Part shown: positions 57,198 to 64,000 of the stretch, piece by piece | Layout of the letters: each line of letters starts with the position of its first letter | Position numbering within the stretch: the first letter of the stretch is position 1 | Assembly (NCBI GenBank): GCA_963725915.1 | Contig: CAVSAL010000006.1 | Coordinates: 50,729 to 114,728 of the forward strand | Direction of reading: 5' to 3' | Source: an uncultured Actinomycetota bacterium | GTDB taxonomy: Bacteria > Actinomycetota > Thermoleophilia > Solirubrobacterales > Solirubrobacteraceae | Length of the DNA: 64,000 nt | Translations under genes and position numbers: made by a program | The notes under the pieces: model-generated | Database searches by the model: none | Told to the model about the DNA's origin: nothing | What the model saw: only the letters and a program-made list of their open reading frames with translations

Positions 57198-58693
57198 TGC
57201 GCTCCGTCCGCCGGCCCGGAGGCGAGCGGACCGTTGACGTTGGGCGGCTTCTGGGTCGAGCACTTCACCAGCGGTTTGTACGGCGGCTCGATTTCGGGGA
57301 AGGCCGGGCGCGTGCCTTCGGGCGCCAGCGTGGCGTGACCGATCAGCTTGACGCCCGTGGCCTTGTAGCCGAGGATCCGGGTGGGCTGGGAGATGATCGT
57401 GTGACCGCCGCCCCCGGCCAGCGCACGCAGGTAGTTCCCGTTGCCGTCGAAGTTCTGGCTCAACCCGCCAAGGCCGGCGAGCGCGTACCAGAATTCTTCG
57501 TTGACCTTTGCGCCGGAGGTGGCCGCCCCGTCCAGAAGCTTCGCGTTGCCGGCCGGATAGAACACCTTGGTCAGGCATTCGCTGAACTCGTTGTTTTCCT
57601 TGAAGAGTCCCTGGGTCCCTCCAACCAGACTCGCAAGTTCGGGCGCGGCTTCGCTGAGGCTCTTGGCCACGCCGCCGAGCTCGTCGGGCTGTAGCAGCGA
57701 GCGCAGCTGCGCGATCCACGGCAGCGCCGCCGTGGAGGACTGGGCCGTCTCTTCGATGCCGGGCGCGATCGCATTGGAGAAGGAGGCGATCGGCTGCTCG
57801 GCGCGATGCAGCGCCGCGAAGCCGCGATCGAGCGAGCGCGCCGCACCCGGCAGTTCCGCGAGGGCCGCTTTGACGCTGCTCGCGTTGGCCGCGATCGAGC
57901 CGAGGGTGGTGTTGAAGTGCCCCACCCATTCGCCGAGAGCCTGCTCGTGGACGTTCAGCGCCTTGGTGACCTTGTCCAGGCCGGCGATCAACTTGGAGAT
58001 GTCGTGCGCTTCGACGCCGCCCAGCGCCTGCTGGACGATCGCGCCGCCCTTCAATGCGCCGAGGCCGTAGTGGGCGGCGTCTTTGAGCGCTTCCGCCGCG
58101 GTCAAACCCTGCACTTCGGGTGCCTGGGTGGCGTCTTCGGCCGCCGTCGGCTTGTGCGTCAGCGCTTCGCCGTAGCCCTGCAGGAAGTACTGGAGGTTGG
58201 CGCGCGTGCTGGTGTTGAGCGCGTCGAGCACCTGGTCGATCTGCACCGGCACGGCTGTTTGGGAGATCGGGATCGTGTGCCCGGAGGAGACAGTCGGCGA
58301 GGCCGGGCTGCCCGGCTGCAGTTCGACGTACCAGCTGCCTTCCAGGAACAGGCGCGGGCGGATCTTCAGCAGGGCGTCTTCGTGGATCGGCAGGCCGTTT
58401 TCAGAGAGTTCCATCGTCACCACGCTGGCGTGGCCGTCGCGTTCCACCGAGGAGACCTGCCCGATGGAGACGCCCGCGATCCGCACGGGCGACTTCGGCG
58501 AGATGTTCTGGGCCGAGCTGAAGACCGCCTTCAACCGGAAGCCGTGCGTGAACGGAATGTGCTTGGAGAAGCCGAAGTAGACCGCGACGGCGATCACCAG
58601 TATCAGCACGATGCCGAACCGCACCGGGTTGGAGCGGCGCAGGTCAACCACCGGGACCGTGTCGCGACGGCTCCAGAAACGAAGGCCGCTCAT
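57194..58693 (-). CDS. MCE/MlaD family protein
   Basis: SPVRIAGVSIGQV, IRPRLFLEG..VELQPG. Confidence 0.9.
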   Translation of the reverse strand: MSGLRFWSRRDTVPVVDLRRSNPVRFGIVLILVIAVAVYFGFSKHIPFTHGFRLKAVFSSAQNISPKSPVRIAGVSIGQVSSVERDGHASVVTMELSENGLPIHEDALLKIRPRLFLEGSWYVELQPGSPASPTVSSGHTIPISQTAVPVQIDQVLDALNTSTRANLQYFLQGYGEALTHKPTAAEDATQAPEVQGLTAAEALKDAAHYGLGALKGGAIVQQALGGVEAHDISKLIAGLDKVTKALNVHEQALGEWVGHFNTTLGSIAANASSVKAALAELPGAARSLDRGFAALHRAEQPIASFSNAIAPGIEETAQSSTAALPWIAQLRSLLQPDELGGVAKSLSEAAPELASLVGGTQGLFKENNEFSECLTKVFYPAGNAKLLDGAATSGAKVNEEFWYALAGLGGLSQNFDGNGNYLRALAGGGGHTIISQPTRILGYKATGVKLIGHATLAPEGTRPAFPEIEPPYKPLVKCSTQKPPNVNGPLASGPADGAQ

Positions 58694-60183
58694 TTGCCGC
58701 CCTTCTTTTTGATGATTCCGAGTTCTTCCTGGACGGATTCTGAGTATTCGTGGCCGAGGGCGTTGAGCTTGCGTTCCGGTTTTTCCGTGGCGTTGTTGGC
58801 GCTCGCCGCCTTGCCGATTTCGGTCCGTCCTTCCGTGTATGCCTCGTTGCCCGCTTCACACGTGGCGACGTTGGGGTATGCGTTGTAGTGCAGGTGATTG
58901 GTGAGCGCCAGCCGCGGCGGGTGGGTGTTGGGCACGACTTCTTCAGATGGCCCGTTCGCCGGTTCAGAGGCCGGGTACCCCTCGTTGTTCGGCCCGCTCG
59001 GGGGGAGCACGGGCAGAACGCGCGCGACGGTGCCGACGCCGATGCTCTCCGAGAGCAGGCTTGCGACGTTGCGGAACGTCAAGGTGAGGTAGCTGCACTT
59101 GGTCTGCTCGGCCGCCACCCCCTTGACCAGCGGACCGCCAAGCGTCGCGGTGTGCGTGAAGTCTTCCAGCGCGGCCGAGACGATCGGGTCTTCTGAGAAC
59201 TTCTGCAGCGCCTGCGCAGCCGAGGCGAGCTCGCTGTTCAGCGACTGCGCCGCTTGCAGATTGACCGCACCGACCTTGAAAGCGTGCCCAAGTGGCGGCG
59301 CCGCGATCCGCAGCGCCGCCGCGCTCGGACGCAGCAGGCGCATGAACTCGGTGTTCAACTCGATGAATTTGGCCTGGTAGCGCAGCGAATAGGTCGCCGT
59401 CTTCAGCGAGGACGGCCCGCCTTCGATCGACGCTTCGAGCGAGGAGGCCACACCGGCCCAGGCTCCGAAGAACGTGTTCAGGTCCGCGTAGAGTTCGCCC
59501 TGCTGGCCGGCGACCGGAGCGGATTCTTTGGAGGCACGGTCCAGCGCCGGGAAGAACCCGGCCAGGTCGGTCTTCGAGGAAGCAAGATTGTGCGCAACCG
59601 GAGTCAGGCGCTTGACCAGCGGCTTGAGCGTGCCGAGCGCTTCGTTGAGGTCCAGCCCACGACCCGCAAGACCGGCGCTGAATTCGTCCAGGTTGCGCTG
59701 GCTGTCCACGCGCGCCTGCTTGTTGAACATGTCGAAGAATTCGCCGATGTCCACCTGTTCGTGCACCTGCGAGATCGGGATCTCGCCCCCCGGCGGGATC
59801 GTGCGCTTGGATTCTCCGCGTTCCAGCGCCAGGTACTTCAGGCCAACCGGTGAGATCGACGGCACGATCGCGCTCGTGTCCGCGGGCAGCGGCTGCACGG
59901 CCTTTTCGAGCTTGAGATAGGCATAGACGACGACGTGCCCGTTGCGCTCCTGCACCGGCACGAGCTTTTCCACGATCCCGACGCGGGAGCCGCCGATGCG
60001 CACATCGTTGCCGGGGAACAGGTTCGCAGCGCTCTGCAGTTGCACCCTGATGTCGTAGGTCGGCGTGAACGGCAGGCCGTGGTTGGCGTTGTAGGAGATG
60101 TAGACGGCCACGACCACGATCAGCGTCGTAACGGCGCCGATCAGCAGCGGGCTGCCCGCCAGCGATCCTCTTCTGCGGTTCAT
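58690..60183 (-). CDS. MCE/MlaD family protein
   Basis: SPLLIGAVTTL, GLPFTPTY, GNDVRIGGSRVG, GLKYL. Confidence 0.9.
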   Translation of the reverse strand: MNRRRGSLAGSPLLIGAVTTLIVVVAVYISYNANHGLPFTPTYDIRVQLQSAANLFPGNDVRIGGSRVGIVEKLVPVQERNGHVVVYAYLKLEKAVQPLPADTSAIVPSISPVGLKYLALERGESKRTIPPGGEIPISQVHEQVDIGEFFDMFNKQARVDSQRNLDEFSAGLAGRGLDLNEALGTLKPLVKRLTPVAHNLASSKTDLAGFFPALDRASKESAPVAGQQGELYADLNTFFGAWAGVASSLEASIEGGPSSLKTATYSLRYQAKFIELNTEFMRLLRPSAAALRIAAPPLGHAFKVGAVNLQAAQSLNSELASAAQALQKFSEDPIVSAALEDFTHTATLGGPLVKGVAAEQTKCSYLTLTFRNVASLLSESIGVGTVARVLPVLPPSGPNNEGYPASEPANGPSEEVVPNTHPPRLALTNHLHYNAYPNVATCEAGNEAYTEGRTEIGKAASANNATEKPERKLNALGHEYSESVQEELGIIKKKGGK

Positions 60184-60196
60184 GCTCGCGCCTGCC

Positions 60197-61609
60197 TCAT
60201 GGAACCTCCGAGGGGTCGCAGCCGAGCAGACCTTCGTCGGTGAACGGCGAGGAGCCGTCTTCCGCCGGCTGGGTCGCAGCGCCCGGACAGCGTCGCAGCT
60301 GTTTGAGGCTCAGTCCTTCGAGGCCTTCGGCCGGTTGCTTGACGGGCGTGAGTTTGTTGCCTTTCTCTGCGAAGTTGGCAAAGGCCGGGCTCACGCTCAC
60401 GTACTGGCCGTCTGCGTCGCGGTAGCCGGCCACCTGGCCAAACGTGCGGAAGAGACCGATCAGGTCCGGCGCGTAGGGGCCGAAGAACCTCGTGATCGGC
60501 ACCGATTCTTCCAGCGCCTTGACGTTGTTCGGCGAGGCGGTCTGCAGCGTCTTGTAGAGGTCGGGGAACGCGCGCGCCAGGTCGGTGAGGTCGTTGTTCG
60601 GTCCCGGCTTTGAGATCGCGCTGCTGAGCTGGGCTGTGACCGGCGTGCCCTCTTCGAACAGGCCGCGCAGCTGGGTGAAGAACGGCGCAAGCGTCTTGGC
60701 GGTGGGCTTGGTGGCGTCCAGGAGTCGCCGCAGCGCCGCGACCGTGGTGGGCAGTCCGACGAAGGCGGCGTTGCCTTCGTGCAACGCCTGCGGCAGCGCC
60801 TTCAGGCCCGTTTCGAAGCTCTGCGCCTGCGAGGCGATCGCGCCGAAGGTCGTGCCCGCGTTGCGCACGAGGCTGGCCAGTTCGACGCGGTGGTCGGCAA
60901 GCGTTGTAAGCGCCTTGGCGCCTTCGACCAGGAAGGAGGTGAAGGTCGGTTCTTCGCGCAGCAGCTCGTGGAAGATCCGGTTGGTGGCGGCCAGCGCGGG
61001 GCTGAAGTACGGGGTCGCCTCGTTTATCTCCTTGCCGACTCCCTGGTACTGCGTGGCGTTGCCTTCGATGAACTCCTGCAGGCCCTTGCGCGTCTGCGGG
61101 TTGAGCGTGTTGAACAGTTCGTCGAGGTCCACCGGCGTTTCGGTCTTGCTCGTGGGCAACGTCAACCCGGGGGTCAGCACGGGCATGTTGTTGGGGCCGG
61201 GCGTGAGCGCGATGTAGCGGTCGGCCACGCTGGTCAGCGAGGGCACCCGCACCTGCGCGGTGGTGCCCTGGTGCAGCGGCAGCAGCGAGGACTCCACTTC
61301 GATCGTTACGCGCGGCTGCAGGCTGGAGTTGAGTTCGATGTTCTTCACGTTGCCTACGGGCACGCCGCCGACCTGCACCTCGTCGCCGCGGACGAGCAGG
61401 CTGCCGTTCTTGAAGGACAGGTAGTAGCGGGCGCTGCCGCCGCCGGAGAAGAGCAGGTAGGCGACGATCAGCACGACCACCCCGAGGCCACCGACTGCGA
61501 GCACGCGCGACCAGGTGATCGCGCCGCGGCCCGTTCCCCCCGCGGCGTCGCTGCCGTTGCCGCCGGCGGTGCCGGCGGGCGGCTGGTTGGGTCGGCTGAC
61601 GGTCGCCAT
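60197..61609 (-). CDS. MCE/MlaD family protein
   Basis: LVRGDEVQVGGVPVG, SLTSVADRYIALTPG, RRCPG. Confidence 0.9.
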   Translation of the reverse strand: MATVSRPNQPPAGTAGGNGSDAAGGTGRGAITWSRVLAVGGLGVVVLIVAYLLFSGGGSARYYLSFKNGSLLVRGDEVQVGGVPVGNVKNIELNSSLQPRVTIEVESSLLPLHQGTTAQVRVPSLTSVADRYIALTPGPNNMPVLTPGLTLPTSKTETPVDLDELFNTLNPQTRKGLQEFIEGNATQYQGVGKEINEATPYFSPALAATNRIFHELLREEPTFTSFLVEGAKALTTLADHRVELASLVRNAGTTFGAIASQAQSFETGLKALPQALHEGNAAFVGLPTTVAALRRLLDATKPTAKTLAPFFTQLRGLFEEGTPVTAQLSSAISKPGPNNDLTDLARAFPDLYKTLQTASPNNVKALEESVPITRFFGPYAPDLIGLFRTFGQVAGYRDADGQYVSVSPAFANFAEKGNKLTPVKQPAEGLEGLSLKQLRRCPGAATQPAEDGSSPFTDEGLLGCDPSEVP

Positions 61610-61612
61610 CCC

Positions 61613-63823
61613 TTACCCGGCCCCTTCCTGGGAGCCCGGCGAATCCGGGACTGACGCGGCCGAGCGGGTCTGCGGGACTCCAGGGTCGGGGATCTCGGCC
61701 AGCCGTTCGTCGAGCGCGGTCCACTCGCTGCCGGCCAGCGGCGCGCCGGCGGTCGCGATCTTGGCGCTCACGCCGGGCGACCCGGTGGGCGGCGCGAAGG
61801 CCACGTGCACGAGGTCTCGACTCGCCGGCAGCGTGACGGCCTCACGCGAGCCGAGATACGTGACCGGCCCGGCGATCTGCTCCGGCTTCATCGTGCCCTG
61901 CAGGTCGAGCAGCTTGCGCTCGAGCAGGTCGGCGACGGCGCCGGGGCCGGCGTGGCCGGCAATCGAGATTCCGTTGACAGACGTGATGTCGAACGCCTCG
62001 CCGCGTTCGTAGCCGCTCAGGCCCGTGTGGCCGCCGTGGCTGACGCCGCACCTGAGCCCCGAGACAGTCGGGCGCAGGCCCGAGACCGACACCAGCTCGA
62101 GCGTCGCCAACACTCGCCGGTCGATGCGCCCCGCCTCGACTTCGCGACGCTCGCAGGCCGCCAGGCCGATCCCCCGGTTGCGCAGCACCTGCTGCTGCAG
62201 CTGACCCCGAGACTCCAACAGCGCCTGGCCGGCTGTGGGAGAGATCGACAGGAACGGGCTCTCTCCCTTGGCGGCGTAGATGCCGGTCTCTTCGAGCGCC
62301 ACCCAGCTGTCGAGCAGCGGCTTGGGGTCGATCAGCGGCGATTCGCCGGCCCCCGGCCGCACCTGGAAGAGCATGTGCGCGCCGGCGGCGCTTGAGAGAT
62401 GGCCGAGCACCGTTCCCGCCATCACGGTCGCGCCCGGGCTCAGCGCCTGCAGGTAGACCCGCTCAGGGCCTTCTTGGAAAGAGCTCACGCGCGGCGCCGC
62501 CGCATGCAACCTCCGAGGCGGCGCAGCAGGATGCTTCGGCTGCGATCCCGCCGTCTGATCGAGTTCTTCGGCCGGACCGAAGGTGAAGCCGTCGGACACG
62601 GCCGCCATGCTCAGCGGCGGATGCGGTTGTACGCCCTCGCTCGCCGGACCTTGCGGCGCCGAGGCCGGCTTGCGCGTTCTCGCAAGCTGTGCAGCCGGCT
62701 CGCGGAGATCGCGAGGCGCGAGCACCGGATAGACCGAGGCGACTTCGCCCAGGTCGGCATAGGTGAAGACGTCCCCGTTCGCGTCCCGCAGGGAGATGTG
62801 CAGCCCCAACGCCGGCGAGACGCCGATGGCGGTCACCGTGCCGTCCTTGACCGCGATCGCGGTCGCGTCCGGTTCGCTGTAGATCGTCGTGCCCACGAGC
62901 GTCTTGCCGCCGGGCGCAGTCGTGAAGCCGTCATCGAAGTGCGCGGGGGCGTGCACGGGGAAGCGCGCTTCTGCCAGGTCGGTCACGGCGCCAAGCATTT
63001 CAGGCGGCATGCCGCCGAGCAGCTGGGCGCGCAGCATCACCGATTCGACGTAGGTCTGGGAGTGGTTGTAGGCGAAGATCGCCGTGCGGATGTGAGCGGC
63101 GCCACCGGCGGCGCTCAGGTAGCGCGCGGCGGCGAAGATCGCGTCAGCCGGGTTGTAGGGATCCATGTAGCCAGCCCCGCCCGCGTCGACCCCCCACTGC
63201 TTCCACTCCACCGGCAGGAACTGCATCCAGCCCTCGGCGCCGGCGCTGGAAAGGTTCACGTCGCGGCCATAGTCGCTCTCGACTTCGTTGATCGCGGCGA
63301 GCACCTGCCAGGGCACGCCGTAGGCGATGCCTGCCGCCTGGTAGATCGGCAGCAGGAACGGCGGCACGTCGTAGGCTTCCAGGAAGAGGCTCGGCAGCCC
63401 CGAGACGGGAGTCCGCAGCGAGAACGGCAGCAGAGCCAGGCCGTTGCCGCCTGCATTGCCCGGAGGTGGCGCGACTTTGGATCCGCGCTTCGGCGCCTTG
63501 GCCCCGCCCTGGCCGGCCGGCGTCTGCGTGCCGCTGGTCTGCGTGCTCGAGGTGTGCCCGCCGGAGGTCTGGCGCTGTGGAGCTTCGCTGCGAACTTCCG
63601 GCGTGCTCGCGGTGTCCGAGCTCGAAGTCGCTTCGGACCGGATCGACGGCGAAGCTTCGGAGGTGATGGTCGAGGTGCCTTCGGTCGTGGTCGCGGTCAC
63701 CGTCGTGGAGGTCGAGCCTTCCGCGCCCGCGACGCTCGCGTCGGAAAGGGCGACGGCCGGGACCCCCACCAGCAGCGCGCCGAGTGCGCATACGATCGTT
63801 GGAGTGGCAAGTGCTCTGCGCAT
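61613..63823 (-). CDS. Secreted lytic murein transglycosylase (SLT/MltB-like) with a degenerate M23-like region
   Basis: Signal peptide, S/T-rich linker, WQVLAAINEVESDYG (catalytic Glu), SSAGAEGWMQF, DAIFAAARYL, AYNH. Confidence 0.88.
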   Translation of the reverse strand: MRRALATPTIVCALGALLVGVPAVALSDASVAGAEGSTSTTVTATTTEGTSTITSEASPSIRSEATSSSDTASTPEVRSEAPQRQTSGGHTSSTQTSGTQTPAGQGGAKAPKRGSKVAPPPGNAGGNGLALLPFSLRTPVSGLPSLFLEAYDVPPFLLPIYQAAGIAYGVPWQVLAAINEVESDYGRDVNLSSAGAEGWMQFLPVEWKQWGVDAGGAGYMDPYNPADAIFAAARYLSAAGGAAHIRTAIFAYNHSQTYVESVMLRAQLLGGMPPEMLGAVTDLAEARFPVHAPAHFDDGFTTAPGGKTLVGTTIYSEPDATAIAVKDGTVTAIGVSPALGLHISLRDANGDVFTYADLGEVASVYPVLAPRDLREPAAQLARTRKPASAPQGPASEGVQPHPPLSMAAVSDGFTFGPAEELDQTAGSQPKHPAAPPRRLHAAAPRVSSFQEGPERVYLQALSPGATVMAGTVLGHLSSAAGAHMLFQVRPGAGESPLIDPKPLLDSWVALEETGIYAAKGESPFLSISPTAGQALLESRGQLQQQVLRNRGIGLAACERREVEAGRIDRRVLATLELVSVSGLRPTVSGLRCGVSHGGHTGLSGYERGEAFDITSVNGISIAGHAGPGAVADLLERKLLDLQGTMKPEQIAGPVTYLGSREAVTLPASRDLVHVAFAPPTGSPGVSAKIATAGAPLAGSEWTALDERLAEIPDPGVPQTRSAASVPDSPGSQEGAG

Positions 63824-64000
63824 CAGCTTCCCAGCAGGTATTCGAGGAGTCGTTCGCTGGCGCCGGGGGCTTCGGCGCCGGGCGTGTAGTAGGTGGTGTG
63901 AGAGGAGTCGCCGCCGGCCGGGCGCGCGGAGCCGGCGCCGGCGCCCGTCGAGCCTTCGCTGCCCGGGTACTCGGCGATCGCCTGCGCCGCAGTCTTGCCT
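63823..64000 (-). CDS. 3' end of an upstream gene, probably another MCE protein
   Basis: Ends ...ERLLEYLLGS*; its TGA overlaps the ATG of the transglycosylase; identity inferred from context. Confidence 0.55.
   Translation of the reverse strand, partial: GKTAAQAIAEYPGSEGSTGAGAGSARPAGGDSSHTTYYTPGAEAPGASERLLEYLLGS

Overview
High-GC actinobacterial DNA. Gene content and style suggest Thermoleophilia/Solirubrobacterales (inference). Single-base indels break essential or core genes (argS, gap, uvrC), so this is probably an error-prone long-read assembly. The left third (~1.5-20.1 kb) is an accessory island at the 3' end of tRNA-Gly(CCC). It holds a compact hybrid cluster: FAAL-ACP-C-A(Ser)-T-C(modAA-like)-A(Gly)-T NRPS, a KS-AT-ACP-reductase PKS and an M20 amidohydrolase. 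Divergently transcribed from it is a translation cassette: a tRNA with the near-forbidden AAA anticodon followed directly by a divergent pheS-pheT pair. This PheRS is altered at the amino-acid pocket (GFAFG->GFVWG), the editing site (PLHAFD->PLNAFD) and the G34-reading residues of the anticodon domain. It also lacks the B2 domain and has an in-frame TGA in pheT. This tRNA(AAA)/PheRS/NRPS-PKS unit is the best candidate for an undescribed system; decay of a horizontally acquired copy is the main alternative. An IS5 element and an 85-bp MITE with the same ends sit in tandem at the pheT stop codon. The rest is mostly core genome: a Fe3+ ABC operon with a tandem DtxR/IdeR-type operator, ccmG/ccmH, argS, rlmH, a Ser/Thr kinase, tgt, uvrC-rapZ-gap-pgk-tpiA-gpmI, an ABC-F protein and lipid enzymes. 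A scar region carries a LexA box, an imuB fragment, vapBC and an orphan RHH ORF. An mce operon with an embedded lytic transglycosylase ends the window.
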